Assembly: GCA_964202905.1 (NCBI GenBank)
Contig: CAXNJO010000010.1
Span: 94,662 to 158,661, forward strand
From: Polyangiales bacterium
GTDB taxonomy: Bacteria; Myxococcota_A; Polyangia; Polyangiales; JADJQN01
Length of the DNA: 64,000 nucleotides
Direction: 5' to 3'
The notes under the pieces were generated by a model. It was not told the DNA's origin. It was given only the letters and a program-made list of their open reading frames with translations, and did no database searches. Positions 26,114 through 37,761 of the stretch are shown here, piece by piece (position 1 is the first letter of the stretch; each line of letters begins with the position of its first letter). Both the position numbers and the translations under genes were made by a program.

Positions 26114-26932
26114 TCAGCCGCCGCGTGGGCCGCGTCGACGCTCTCCGCGCTCCCGCTGCGGCTGCTGCGGACTCTCCGGCTTCTTCAATAAAAACAGATA
26201 GTTGAAGCCGCGCAGGAAGAAGTTCTGCGCCTCGGCGGCCTTGTGGTAGTTGCCCATGTCGAGCGTCTTGTGGTGGCGCGTCACCGCGACGACGTCGATC
26301 GGCTCGAGCCGCTGGGCGAGCAGGTCGAAGAGCGCGAGCCCGACAGGCGCAAAACCCGTCTTTTTTGCATAGAAATCGCACACATACACACCGAGCACCC
26401 CGCCCGGGCGCAGCACCCGCGCGCACTCCGCGAAGACCTCGTCGAGCGCGCGGTAGAAGCGCGGGTCGTACGCGCTCAGCTTGCCGATGCACGCGGCGTC
26501 GTCGGAGTAGTCGATGTGGTCGCCGTACGGCGGATCGATGAACACGAGCTCCGCGACGCCGGCGTCGAGGGGCAGGCGCCGGGCGTCGGCGCGCTCGATG
26601 TCGGGGCGGTACGGCGAGAGGTCGAAGCCGCGCGCACGCCGCCCGGTGTCGCGCGCGACGTCGATCGTCGTGCCCGAGCCGCACATCGGATCGACGACGA
26701 GGTCGCCGGGCCGCGTGTAACGCTGCACGAGGTTCCACACGACGTAGGAGGGCGTCGCGCCGACGTAGCCCGGGTCACCCTGCGTGCCCTTGCCGTAGTG
26801 CTGCGACGGATACTCCCAGAGCGTCGTCGTCTGCACGCGGAGCGGGGGTTTCTCGGGGCGGCGGAAGCGCTCGGTCGACGCGCGCGGCGCCGGGGGGCGC
26901 GGGCCGCGCCGCGGGGGCGGGGAGTCGTTCAT
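26114..26932 (-). CDS. Solitary amino-methyltransferase (N4-C/N6-A DNA or RNA MTase)
   Basis: LVVDPMCGSGTT (motif I), FIDPPY (motif IV), ECARVLRPGG. Confidence 0.85.
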   Translation of the reverse strand: MNDSPPPRRGPRPPAPRASTERFRRPEKPPLRVQTTTLWEYPSQHYGKGTQGDPGYVGATPSYVVWNLVQRYTRPGDLVVDPMCGSGTTIDVARDTGRRARGFDLSPYRPDIERADARRLPLDAGVAELVFIDPPYGDHIDYSDDAACIGKLSAYDPRFYRALDEVFAECARVLRPGGVLGVYVCDFYAKKTGFAPVGLALFDLLAQRLEPIDVVAVTRHHKTLDMGNYHKAAEAQNFFLRGFNYLFLLKKPESPQQPQRERGERRRGPRGG

Positions 26933-26983
26933 CCGGCGGCGAGTATGGCACGGACGCTGTGGTAGGCTGCGCGCCCAGCCCCG

Positions 26984-27841
26984 ATGCGCATGGTCTCCTG
27001 CACGCTCGCCCGCCTGACCCTGCTCGCGGCCCTGACGCTCTCCCCCGCGGCCCCGGCCCTCGCGCAGGACGCCCCGAGCGCCAGCGAGACCGCCCTCGCC
27101 CGCGAGCAGCACAACGAGGGCATGGCGCACGCGCGCGCGGGGCGCTGGCCCGCGGCGTACGGCGCCTTCGCCCGGGCGTATGCGCTCGTGCGGCGCCCCC
27201 TCGTGCTGCTGAACCTGGCAGGCGCCGAAGAGCAGACGGGGCGCCTCGTCGAATCGGCCGAGCACTACCGTCAGTTCCTCCGCGAGGTGACGAGCGGCCG
27301 CGAGGCGCAGCAGCGGCCGGTGGCCGAGCAGGGCCTCAGCCGCGTCGAACCGCGCATCCCGCGCGCGCGCTTCATCCTCGAGGGGACGCGCCCCGCGGAC
27401 ACCTACGCGCTCGACGACAAGCCGCTCGCGCCCGCGGTGATGGGCTCGCCGCTGCCGCTCGACCCGGGCACGCACACGCTCGTCGTGCGCCACGCGGAGG
27501 GCGAGCTCGGGCGCATCACGTTCGTCCTCGCGGAGGGCGAGGCGCAGGACGTGCGCCTCACCGTCACGCGGCCCGCGGCACCCGTCGCCGAGCGCACGCC
27601 GCTCCCCGAGGTGCGCGACCCGGACGCGCCCCCGCGCGAAGCGGGCATCCTCCCGCGCAACGGCGAAGCGCCGCCCGCCGCTCCCGCGCGCGACGAGGGG
27701 GGCGGCCTGCTCGCCTCGCCCGTGTTCTGGGTCGTCGTCGGCGTCGTCGTGCTCGGCGGCGCGACGGCCGGCGTCCTCGTGGCGACCAGCGGCAGCGAGG
27801 CCCCCTTCTCCGGAAACCTCGGGAGCATCCCCGTCCGATGA
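26984..27841 (+). CDS. Secreted TPR + PEGA-like protein with C-terminal TM helix
   Basis: Signal peptide; FARAYAL...LLNLA..E..GRLVESAEHYRQFL; PLDPGTHTL; SPVFWVVVG. Confidence 0.75.
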   Translation: MRMVSCTLARLTLLAALTLSPAAPALAQDAPSASETALAREQHNEGMAHARAGRWPAAYGAFARAYALVRRPLVLLNLAGAEEQTGRLVESAEHYRQFLREVTSGREAQQRPVAEQGLSRVEPRIPRARFILEGTRPADTYALDDKPLAPAVMGSPLPLDPGTHTLVVRHAEGELGRITFVLAEGEAQDVRLTVTRPAAPVAERTPLPEVRDPDAPPREAGILPRNGEAPPAAPARDEGGGLLASPVFWVVVGVVVLGGATAGVLVATSGSEAPFSGNLGSIPVR

Positions 27842-29925
27842 GCGCGCGCCGAACCGCCAGCCTCCTGCTCGCTTCCCTCCTCGCCCTCGCCGCGGGTTGT
27901 GGTGACCCGCCGACCGAGATCGTGCTCGTCGTCGACACCGGGCTCGCCGTCCCCGCCGAGCTCGACGCGGTCACGATCGACGTCAGCGGCCCGACGCGCA
28001 TGGAGCGCAAGCTCGCGCGGCTCGGGCCGAGCGGCACGGCGCTGCCCCTCACGCTCGGCCTCACGCGGGCGGAGGGCGCGGCGCTCGGGCCGCTCGGGAT
28101 CGTCGTCAGCGGGCAGCGCGCGGGCACGGAGATCGTGCGCCGCGTCGTGTCGACCGAGTTCGTCGAGGGCGAGAGCCGCGTGCTGCGCGTGGTGCTCGTC
28201 GCCGACTGCCTCGCGCCGCGCGACTGTGGCGCCGGCAACACGTGCAGCGAGCTCGGCTGCGTGCCCGAGCGCCTCGCAGGCAGCGCGCTCCCCCGCTTCG
28301 GCGCGGTGCCCGGCCGCTTCGACGGCGGCAACGGCATGGTCGAGCGCTGCAACGGCGTCGACGACGACGGCGACACCCTGATCGACGAGGGCTTCGACCT
28401 GCAGAACGAGACCGGCCACTGCGGCGCGTGCGGCAACGACTGCAGCGCGAAGCCCGGCGTGCGCGGCGCGCGCTGTGTCGCGGGCGCGTGCGTCATCGAG
28501 GGCTGCGCCGCAGACCGCGGCGACTGCGACGACGACCCGGCCAACGGCTGCGAGGTCGACACGCTCACCGACGCCGCGCACTGCGGCAGCTGCATCGGCA
28601 TCTGCCAGCCGCTCAACGGCGCGCCGACCTGCAGCGCCGGCGCGTGCAGCATCGCGTGCACGCCGGGCTTCGCGGACTGCGACGCGAGCCCCGCGAGCGG
28701 CTGCGAGGCCAACCTCGCGAGCCTCGAGTCCTGCGGTCGCTGCGCGAACCGCTGCGACACGCGCTGCAGCGCGGGCTACTGCGACGATCAGCGCGTCCTC
28801 GCGCTCGCGGTCGGCGGCTCGCACGGCTGCGCGTTGCGCGAGCGCGGCACGCTCGTGTGCTGGGGTGCGAACGCCTCCGGCCAGCTCGGCGACGCGACGA
28901 CGACGGTACGCCGCCAGCCCATCGATGTCCGCGCGCTCACCGACGCCCGCTCGCTGGCGGCCGGCGACGCGCACACCTGCGCCATCCGCGCGACGGGTGG
29001 CGTCGCGTGCTGGGGCGAGGGCGATCTCGGTCGCCTCGGCGACGGCGGCACCACGGACCGCAACACGCCCGTCGCCGTGCTCGACCTGACGGGCGCGACG
29101 CAGCTCGCGGGCGGCGGCGCCCACACCTGCGCGCTCGACACCGACGGCAGCGTACGTTGCTGGGGCGCGAACATGCGCGGGCAGGTCGGGGACGGGACCC
29201 TCGCGACGCGGGTGCGCCCCGTCGCGGTCATGGGGCTCTCCGACGTGCGCGCGATCGTCGCCGGCGATCTGCACAGCTGCGCGCTCCGCACCGACGGCAC
29301 CGTGGCCTGCTGGGGCGAGAACCGCCTCGGCCAGCTCGGTGACGCCTCCGTGCCGGGCGATCCGAGCGAGATGCTCTCGAACGTGGCGGGCCCGGTGGCC
29401 GCGCTCGACGCCGTGACCGCCATCGCCTCGCACGCCAAGGCCAATCACACCTGCGCGCTCCGCATGAGCGGCGAGGTGCTCTGCTGGGGCAAGGGCACGA
29501 GCGACCAGCTCGGCACCGCCGCCGGCACGATGAACGCGCGCTCACCCGTCGCCGTCGCGCTACCGATGGCCGCGAGCGCGATCGCGGTGGGCGCGGAGCA
29601 CTCTTGCGCGGCGCTCCTCGACGGCACCGTGCGCTGCTGGGGCCTCAACGATCAGGGCCAGCTCGGCAACGGCAGCACGCTCGGCGGCGCCGCCGTCGTG
29701 AGCGTCGAGCGCACGGACGCGATGCCGCTCGGCAGCCCGACGACGATCGAGGGCGCCAGCGCCGTGATCGTCGCGCTCAGCGGCGGCATCAAGCACACGT
29801 GCGCGCTCACCCAGACCGGTGCGGTGTATTGCTGGGGCTACAACAACAACGGCCAGGTGGGCGACGGATCGTCGGCGCCGAACTTCATCCGCGCGACGCG
29901 CGTCCGCACGCTGCCCTTCCCCTGA
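27838..29925 (+). CDS. RCC1-repeat lipoprotein with Cys-rich repeats
   Basis: Lipobox LAAGC; ERCNGVDDDGD..IDEG; HCGACG repeats; six or more HxCA...G.V.CWG.N..GQLG repeats; ATGA overlap with the upstream gene. Confidence 0.9.
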   Translation: MSARRTASLLLASLLALAAGCGDPPTEIVLVVDTGLAVPAELDAVTIDVSGPTRMERKLARLGPSGTALPLTLGLTRAEGAALGPLGIVVSGQRAGTEIVRRVVSTEFVEGESRVLRVVLVADCLAPRDCGAGNTCSELGCVPERLAGSALPRFGAVPGRFDGGNGMVERCNGVDDDGDTLIDEGFDLQNETGHCGACGNDCSAKPGVRGARCVAGACVIEGCAADRGDCDDDPANGCEVDTLTDAAHCGSCIGICQPLNGAPTCSAGACSIACTPGFADCDASPASGCEANLASLESCGRCANRCDTRCSAGYCDDQRVLALAVGGSHGCALRERGTLVCWGANASGQLGDATTTVRRQPIDVRALTDARSLAAGDAHTCAIRATGGVACWGEGDLGRLGDGGTTDRNTPVAVLDLTGATQLAGGGAHTCALDTDGSVRCWGANMRGQVGDGTLATRVRPVAVMGLSDVRAIVAGDLHSCALRTDGTVACWGENRLGQLGDASVPGDPSEMLSNVAGPVAALDAVTAIASHAKANHTCALRMSGEVLCWGKGTSDQLGTAAGTMNARSPVAVALPMAASAIAVGAEHSCAALLDGTVRCWGLNDQGQLGNGSTLGGAAVVSVERTDAMPLGSPTTIEGASAVIVALSGGIKHTCALTQTGAVYCWGYNNNGQVGDGSSAPNFIRATRVRTLPFP

Positions 29926-30012
29926 CCTCGCCAGCGCGCGCGCGCAGGTGCTTTGTTCCACCGTCGCGCGCATGACGTCGCGAGCGAGGGCCGCTGCCAC
30001 GTCGCTGCGCGG

Positions 30013-31536
30013 TCAGAAATCGTCTTCGACGAGCACCGGGCCACCGCCCGTCGCGCGGCGCTTCGTCGGGCGCTTCGTTGGCGTACGTACGGAATTGGCG
30101 TCGCTGGGCGGTACGATCTCGTCCGTCAGTGCGGGCAGCGCGGCGACCCCTGCATCGGGCGCAACGGGCGCGACGGGCGGCGTCGGCGTGACGGGAGCGG
30201 GCACCACGACGACCGGCGTCCCCGCGGCAGGCTGCGCCGTCGGCGTGACGGGCGCGTCCGCCGGCGTCCCGATGATCTGCGACGCCAGCCAGAACGCCCC
30301 CCCGACGCCCGCGATCGCCACGCCCCCCGCCGCGGCCATGAGCGGCCAGGGCTTCCCACTCCGGTCGCGCGCGCGCTGCACGCTGGTCGTGCGCACGACG
30401 GGCTGCGGAGAGTCGTCGCGCGCCACCGCCTGCTCGAGGTCGTCGAGCCTCACGTCGAGCGCCTCGACCGTCATCGTCTTGAGCGCCTCGTCCTCGCTCG
30501 CGGCGGCCTGCGGGCGCATCGGCGGACGCGCCCCGGGGCTGGTGTAACCGCCCGAAACCCCCTCGAGTTTCAGCACGACGCTCTCCGGCAGCGCGGCGCG
30601 GTCACGTTCGATCTGGTCGGCCATCGACGCGATCATCAACTCGCTGAGCGACTCGGCATCGACCGCGAGCGCGCGCGGCAGCGCGTCGCCGAGGCGGCGG
30701 CGGAACTCCTGCGCCGTCGCGGGGCGCGCATCGGGGTCCTCGGCGAGCGCGGAGAGGACGACGGCGTCGAGCGCGGGCGGGATCGACGGCAGCCAGCGGC
30801 TCGGCGCCTCGACCATCGGGTGCCGCACGTTCTCGAGCACGAGGAGATCGTTGGCCGCGTCGAAGAGGGGCCGCGCCGCGAGCAGCTCCCAGAGCACGAT
30901 ACCCAGTGCGAACACGTCGCTGCGGCGATCGACGGGACGCCCCCACGCCTGCTCCGGCGACATGTAGCGGAACTTGCCCTTGATGCTGCCCGCCTCGGTC
31001 TGCTGTGAGCGCCCGGAGGCCTTCGCGATGCCGAAGTCGATGAGCTTCACGTGGCCCTGGTACGCGAGGAGCACGTTCTGCGGGCTCACGTCGCGGTGCA
31101 CGACCCCGAGCAATTCGCCGAGATCGCCGCGCGTCTCGTGCGCGGCGTGCAGCCCATCGGCGACCTTCATCACGATGCTCGTCGCGATCTCCGCCGCGAG
31201 CATGCGCTTGCGCCGCGCGAGCGCGCGCACGAGCAAGGAGAGCGAGCAGCCGTGCACGTACTCCATCACGAGGAAGTACGTGCCCTCGGCCTCGCCGAGC
31301 TCTTCGACGTGCACGACGTTGGGGTGGACGATGCGCGCCGAGAGCAGCGCCTCGTCGACGAACATCCGCACGAAGGACGCATCCGTCGCGAGGTGCGGGT
31401 GCACGACCTTGATCGCGACGAAGCGCTGGAAGCCCGCGGCGCCACGGCGATGCGCGAGAAAGAGCGTCGCCATCCCGCCCGACTTCAGGCGGGCGACGAT
31501 CTCGTACTCACCGACCTTGTCGCCGAGCTCGAACAC
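30013..31536 (-). CDS. Hanks-type Ser/Thr protein kinase, membrane-anchored
   Basis: GGMA, VAIK, HRDVSPQN, DFGIA, GKFRYMSPEQ, SDVFALG; TM helix near the C-terminus. Confidence 0.96.
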   Translation of the reverse strand: MFELGDKVGEYEIVARLKSGGMATLFLAHRRGAAGFQRFVAIKVVHPHLATDASFVRMFVDEALLSARIVHPNVVHVEELGEAEGTYFLVMEYVHGCSLSLLVRALARRKRMLAAEIATSIVMKVADGLHAAHETRGDLGELLGVVHRDVSPQNVLLAYQGHVKLIDFGIAKASGRSQQTEAGSIKGKFRYMSPEQAWGRPVDRRSDVFALGIVLWELLAARPLFDAANDLLVLENVRHPMVEAPSRWLPSIPPALDAVVLSALAEDPDARPATAQEFRRRLGDALPRALAVDAESLSELMIASMADQIERDRAALPESVVLKLEGVSGGYTSPGARPPMRPQAAASEDEALKTMTVEALDVRLDDLEQAVARDDSPQPVVRTTSVQRARDRSGKPWPLMAAAGGVAIAGVGGAFWLASQIIGTPADAPVTPTAQPAAGTPVVVVPAPVTPTPPVAPVAPDAGVAALPALTDEIVPPSDANSVRTPTKRPTKRRATGGGPVLVEDDF

Positions 31537-31563
31537 GCGCTTCGTCCGCTCCCCTCGCCCCGC

Positions 31564-34500
31564 TCAGTTCCCGCTCACGCAGGCCTGCTGCAGCTCGACC
31601 CGGAGCGTGTACGGCGAGCACTCGAAGGCCGGCGCGCCGACCCCGCGCACGGTCACGAAGTACGAGCCGGAGTCGCTCCCGAACAGCCCGCAGCTGCCGT
31701 CGATGACGGCCGAGCGGGTGCCGCTCGCGCCGGCGGCGACGGTCGTGCACGTGCCGTCGCCGCACGTCCCGCCGGCCTGCACGCACACCTGATAGGAGCC
31801 GGCGTTCGCGGGGACCGTGAGGGTGGCGACGAGACGGTAGTCCTCGTCGCAGCCGGCCGGGTTGAGACAGATCGCGGTGCACGTGCAGGTGCTGTCGTTC
31901 TCGAGCCAGTTGACGCGGTAGACGTCCGCGTCGCCCGCTCCGTAGATCGTCGGCGTCACCGTCTGAATCGAGACGCGCGCACCATCGTTGGTGGTGCCCA
32001 TCGCCGCGAGCGCGCTGGCCGCCGAACACGAGTTGTTCGGCTCGAAGGAATCCCCGGAGAGCCCCTCGTCCGTCTGGCCGTCGCAGTCGTTGTCGACGTC
32101 GTCGCACGTCTCGGCCGCCGAGGGACGCGGCGTGCACGTGAGCTGCGCGCCGGCGTCGCACACGGCGCACGGTGTTCGCGCACTGGCCGACGCCGCAGCT
32201 CTGCGTGTTCGAGGCGGGCGCGTAGGGGTCGCAACGCCCCGGAGTAGTACCCGTGCAGCCGGAGAGAAGCTGGCAGGTGTTGTCGCAGTCGAGTACCTCC
32301 GCCCCCGCGGTCGTCCTTCCCGGACAGAGGGTCATGGCGCCCTGGCAGGTGCCACTCCCGGTGCAGAACACGTCGCGGGCAGGGACATTCGCAACCTGGT
32401 TGCAGGAGCCGCCGACGGCCGCGCCGGTGGGCGAGGTGAAGTAGGCGGCGCAGTTCACGAGGCCGCACTCGTTCGCCGGGTCGGTCCCACCCGGGATGTT
32501 CACGCAGTCACCCTCGCTGCCGGGCACGTCGCAGGCGCGGCACGTGCCGGAGCACGCGCTCGTGCAGCACACGCCGTCGACGCAGGAGAGCCCGGTCGCG
32601 CACTCCGCCGTGTTGCTGCACGCGGCCGCCTTCATCCCGCGCGAGGTGCAGACGCCGCTCGCGCTGCAGAACGCCGTCGGGTCGCACTCGGCGTCGCTGC
32701 TGCAGCCGCTCGCGCAGATGGGCGCGTCCTGCGAGGTCGCGCTCGTGCAGGTCACCGAGGGATACGTGCCGCAGTTGTTCGCCTCGAGGCCGGCGCAACC
32801 CGTGTCGTCGGGCACGGCGGAGCCGACCGCGCACTGCTTGCTCGCGGTGCAGACGGGATCGACGCGCTCGCCCTGACAGCCCGCGGCGCGCGTACAGCTC
32901 GAGGCGCGCCCGTACGTCGCCGCGGGGCAGTCGCTCGCCATGCTGCAGCAGTCGCCGGTCGCGCAGCAGAAACCATTGTTGCAGTAGCTGCTGAGGCAGT
33001 CGCTGGCCTCGTCGCACATGCGGCCGCTCTCGAGGTCGGGCACGCAGGCCCCCGCGTCGCAGTGGGCCTCGGGGTCGCACTCGGCGTCGGAGGTGCACGC
33101 GGTCGCGCACGACGGCGCGGGCTGCTCGGTGCCGCCGGAGCAGTAGCGCGCCGGGTACGACCCGCACGCGTCGGCGAGCACGCCGCCGTTGCAGGCGCTG
33201 TCGTCGGAGACGTTCGTCATCGTGTTGCAGACGAAGCCCACGCAGACGGCCGCGTCGCGCGAGCCCTGGCACGCCTCGGGCGCCTCGCAGCGGGGCGCGG
33301 TCGCGTAGGCGCCGGGGCAGTCGCTCGGCCGCACGCAGCAGTCGCCGCCCGAGCAGCAGATGCCGTTGTTGCAGTAGCCGCTCGTGCAGTCGCTGGCCTC
33401 GTTGCAGGTCTCGCCGTCCGGGAGGTCCGGCAGACACACGATGTCGCAGTGCGCGCCCGGGTCGCACTCGGGATCCGCCGCGCAGATCGACGGGCACGCC
33501 GGCGCGCTCTGCGTCGCGCCGCCCGCGCAGCGCTGCGCGACGAAGAAGCCGCAGTCGTTCGCGACGGTGTCGGCGGTGCAGCCGCTGTCGTCGGGGACGC
33601 CGGCGACGGTGCCGCAGATGAAGTCCACGCACGAGGCCGCGCCGGTCGTCCCCTGGCAGGTCGCCGCCGAATCGCAGACCGAGATGAAGCCGCCCGACAC
33701 GGGGCAGTCAGAGGCCGCGTTGCAGCAGATGCCGCCGTCGCAGCAGAAGCCGTTGTCGCAGTGCCCGCCGCCGCAGTCGGTGTCCTCGTCGCACGTGCCG
33801 CCGTCGACGACGTCGTCGATGCACGCGCCGAGCTCGCAGTGCGCGGTCGCGGCGCAGAGCGAGTCGTCGTCGGCGCCGGTCGAGTCCGTGCAGGCGGTCG
33901 CGCAGCGCGTCCCGGTGCTGCCGCCGCCCTCGCACGCGTAGAGGGTGCAGGGCGTGCGCACGCCCTCGACGCACGCCCCCATCTCGCAGGAGCCGGGCCC
34001 GATCTCCTCGTACACGCCGCCGCCGGACGCCTCACCGCAACGCTGGTCGCCGCAGTCGGCGGCGAAGCCGTCGACCGTGCCGTCGCAGTCGTCGTCGACG
34101 CTGTTGCACTGCTCGGGCGCCGCGGGGTTCACCGCGATGTCCACGTCGTTGCAGTCGAGGCCCGCGCAGCCGAGACCGTCGCCGTAGCCGTCCGCGTCCT
34201 CGTCGATGCAGCAGCTGCCGTTGAGCGGGCTGCACACGTACGCGCCACCGGCGGCGTTCGTGCACTCGAAGGCGCGCGGGCACGTCGGCAGCTCGAGGTC
34301 GCACGCGGGCACGCACGCGCGCTGGCCCGAGGGCAGCGCGAGGCAGCGCGCCGTCGGGCCGCACTCGGCGTCGAGCGCGCAGGGCTCGCACGACGCGAGG
34401 AAGTCCGTCGGGCCCGCGTCGACCCCGAGGTCCGGCCGCACCAGCGGCCCGAGGTCGGGGCCGCCGAGGTCCGGCGCGCCGAGGTCGATCCCCGCATCCG

Positions 34501-34618
34501 GGAGCGCGGGGGGCGGCGCGTCACCGCCGCCACCACAGGCGCCGAGCCAGGCGGCGGCGAGCGACATGAGGACGAGGGCACGGGCGGAGGGGCGCGGGGA
34601 GGGCATGCGGGACTCCAT
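31564..34618 (-). CDS. Large Cys-rich surface lipoprotein with MopE-type metal-binding motifs and a C-terminal PPC-like beta domain; frameshift about 32165
   Basis: Lipobox LGAC; DEDADGYG..DCND...NPAAPEQCNSVDDDCDG; three long internal Cys repeats (G..C.EASDC..YCNNG.CC); tail continues in ORF 31564..32163 (ETCDDVDNDCDG, DSFEPNN, DADVY). Confidence 0.8.
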
Positions 34619-34697
34619 CGGAAGAAAGCCGGGATGGGACGATATCGCGGACGGGCGCGCGCTGTCACGATGCACGCGGGCACGCTACCGTCGCTCC

Positions 34698-36827
34698 GTG
34701 GCACACCGCGACGTAACGCAGCGCAGCAATTCCGAGCCGTTCGCCCACGCGCGGGGCGTGGCGGCGTGCGCTGCGCTCGTCGCCGCGACGCTCGCCACAT
34801 CCGCGACGCACGCGGCCGCGCAGACCACCTCGCAGGATGGTGCGCTGGGCGACGCGACCGGGTGGTACGACGCCGCGCCGCTGCTCGCCTCGCTGCGGCC
34901 TGCGGAGCGGGCCGGCGCCGCACGCGCCGCGGGCGTCGAGCGCGCGGAGGACCTGCCGCTCTACGAGCTCGGCATCGACCTCGATCTCGGCGCCGGCGTC
35001 GCGGCCGTGCGCGAAGAGCTCTGGTACACGAACCGCGAAGGCGTGGTGCTCGACGAGCTCGTCCTGCGCATCGAGGCGAACGCCGTCGGCGAGGCCGCGA
35101 GGCCGGGCGGCGCCGCGCGCATGCCGGTGCGCTTCGTCGGCGGGCGCTGCCTCGGGGGCGTCCTTTGCGCGTTCGAGGCCCCCGCGGCCGACGTCGTCGT
35201 CGTGCGCCCCGCGACGCCCCTCGCGCCGGGCGCGCGCCTGCGCGTCGCGCTCGAGCTCGGGGTGACGCTCGCGCGGATCGACGCCGCGCGCACCACCCTG
35301 CTCGCGCAGGGGCTCGAGGGGCTCGGCGCGATGGGCTCGCCCGCGGCGCGGGCGACTACGGGCTCGTCGCGATCGGCGACGGGATCGCCAGCCTCGCGAA
35401 CGCGTACGCCGTGCTCGCGCGGCGGCGCGGCGGACGCTGGGTGCGCACGGAGACGAGCACGCTCGGCGATCTCGGCAGCGACGCGCTCGCGCACTTCCGC
35501 GCGCGCGTCCGCGTCGGCGAGGGCGTGCGCGTCGCCGCGACGGGCGTGACGCTCCCCGCGCCGCGCGGGACGAGCGGCGGCGAACGGCCGCGCCAGGAGG
35601 TCGTCGCCGCGTTCGCGCGGGACTTCGCGCTGCTCGCGGGGCGCGACCTCGAGACGGCCACGCGCGACGTCGGCGGGGTCACGGTGCGCTCGTGGTTCCG
35701 CGCGAGCGAGCGGGCCGCGGGGGAGCACGTGCTCGACGTCGCCGCGCACGCGCTCGGCGTGTTCGAGCGGCGCTTCGGCGCCTACCCCTACGAGGAGCTC
35801 GACCTCGTCGAGGCGGCCATCACGGGCGGCGCGGGCGGCGTCGAGTTCTCGGGCCTCGTGACCGTCGCGAGCATGCTCTACAAGCGCCCCGGCGCAGGCG
35901 GCGACGCCGCGGGCGGCGACGCAGGAGGCGGGCTCGGCGCGGTCCTCGGCGGGCTGCTCGCGAGCGGCGCGGGCGGCAGCGGCGCGCTCGACGCGACCAC
36001 GGCGCGCATGCGCGAGTTCGTCACGGCGCACGAGGTCGCGCACCAGTTCTGGCACGGGCTCGTCGGCAGCGACTCGCGCGAGCATCCGTGGCTCGACGAG
36101 AGCCTCGCGCAGTGGAGCGCGCTCCGCTACGTCGAGGAGCGCCACGGGGCCGCGCGCGCCCGCGAGGAGGGCGATCGGCAGGTGCGCATGAACTACCAAC
36201 TCATGCGCCTGCAAGGCGTGCCCGACGGCGCGGTCGACCGCCCGGTGCACGCCTTCGCGTCGCCGCTCGCCTACGCGGGCCTCGTCTATGGCAAGGGGCC
36301 TTACTTCTACGAGGCCGTCCGCGCGGCGATCGGGGACGACGCGTTCTTCGCCGCGCTCGCCGAGTACGTGCGCCGGCACCGCTTCCGCACCGCGCCGCGC
36401 GGGGCCCTCGTCGACCTGCTCGCGGCGCGCGGCGACGCCCGGCGTGTGCGCGCCCTCGCGCGGCGCTGGCTCGACGAGCGGCACGGCGACGACGACCTCG
36501 GCCGCGGCGACGCGCGCACCCTCGTCGGGACGACGCTCGGCGTCGACCCGGAGACGCTGCCCCAGGGCTCGGGCGCTCTTCGGCGCGCTCGGCGGCGCGG
36601 GCAGCGCGCAGCGCGGAGCGGCCGGCGGCGGCGCGCAGCGCGGCGCGGTCGGCGGCGCGGGCGGCGCGGGCGGACGCAGCATCCCACCGGAGCTGCTCGA
36701 GGCGCTCGGCGGCATGCTCGGCGGCGGCGCGGGCCTGCCCGGCGGCGCAGGCGGGGCGCCCGGGGGCGACGTCGGGCTGGGCGGCCTCGAGACGATGATC
36801 CAACTCCTCGAAAACGCAGGAGAATAA
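34698..36827 (+). CDS. M1-family Zn aminopeptidase (gluzincin), secreted; frameshifts about 35345 and 36570
   Basis: FGAYPY, GGVEFSG, HEVAHQFW...WLDESLA (HExxH-x18-E), VYGKG; Gly-rich tail in ORF ending 36827. Confidence 0.85.
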
Positions 36828-36831
36828 CGCG

Positions 36832-37695
36832 ATGAACGCGAGCGTGCAGAGCGACCCGATCCTCGCGCCCGAGGCGCTCCTCGACCCTGCGCTGCGCGCC
36901 ACGGTGCGCCTCGTCGACGCGCGCGCCGGCGCCGCGGGGCGCGAGGCCTTCGCCGCGCGGCGGCTCGCGGGCGCGACGCACGCGGACCTCGACGCCGACC
37001 TCGCCGGCGACGCACACGATCCGGCGCACGGCGGCCGGCACCCGCTGCCGCCGCTGGCCGCCTTCGCGCGGACGCTCACCGCGTGGGGCATCACGCCCGC
37101 GACCCACGTCGTCGTCTACGACGCGCAAGGCGGCGCGAACGCGGCCGCGCGGCTCTGGTGGATGCTGCGCGCCGTCGGACACCGCGCGGTGCACGTGCTC
37201 GACGGCGGCTGGGACGCCGCGCTCGCCGCGGGACTGCCCACCGAAGACGGCCCCGCGACGCCGCCCGCGCCCGCGCCGACGCCCTACCCCGTCCCGCCCG
37301 CGTGGCTGCTCCCGACGCGGGACCTCGACGCCGTCGATGCGGCGCGCCTCACCGCCGACCAGCGCGTGGTCGACGTGCGCGCCGGCTTCCGTCACCGCGG
37401 CGAGCGCGAGCCCATCGACCCGATCGCGGGGCACATCCCGGGCGCGCTGAACGTCTGCTTCGAAGAGAACCTCGACGCGCGCGGCCGCTTCCTCCCCGCG
37501 GACGCGCTCCGCGCCAGGTACGCGGAGCTCCTCGGCGACGTGCCCGCCTCGCACCTGACCGTGCACTGCGGCTCGGGCGTCACGGCCTGCCACACGCTCC
37601 TCGCGCTCGCGCGCGCCGGGCTCGGCGGGGCCGCGCTCTACGTCGGCTCGTGGAGCGAGTGGTGCCGTCGCGACGACCGCCCGCGCGCGCCGTGA
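36832..37695 (+). CDS. sseA: Tandem-rhodanese sulfurtransferase (SseA-like)
   Basis: GRHPLP, AARLWW, VLDGG, GHIPGA, HCGSGVTAC, LYVGSWSEW. Confidence 0.9.
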   Translation: MNASVQSDPILAPEALLDPALRATVRLVDARAGAAGREAFAARRLAGATHADLDADLAGDAHDPAHGGRHPLPPLAAFARTLTAWGITPATHVVVYDAQGGANAAARLWWMLRAVGHRAVHVLDGGWDAALAAGLPTEDGPATPPAPAPTPYPVPPAWLLPTRDLDAVDAARLTADQRVVDVRAGFRHRGEREPIDPIAGHIPGALNVCFEENLDARGRFLPADALRARYAELLGDVPASHLTVHCGSGVTACHTLLALARAGLGGAALYVGSWSEWCRRDDRPRAP

Positions 37696-37761
37696 GCCCC
37701 GCCCCGCACGCGACGACCCACGCGTACCGGTCTCGGCGCGCGTCCCCGCCGCGCCGCCCGC

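Noticed and set aside
26114-26932. Restriction-modification or other defence system
   Set aside because: No nuclease, specificity subunit or other defence gene is adjacent
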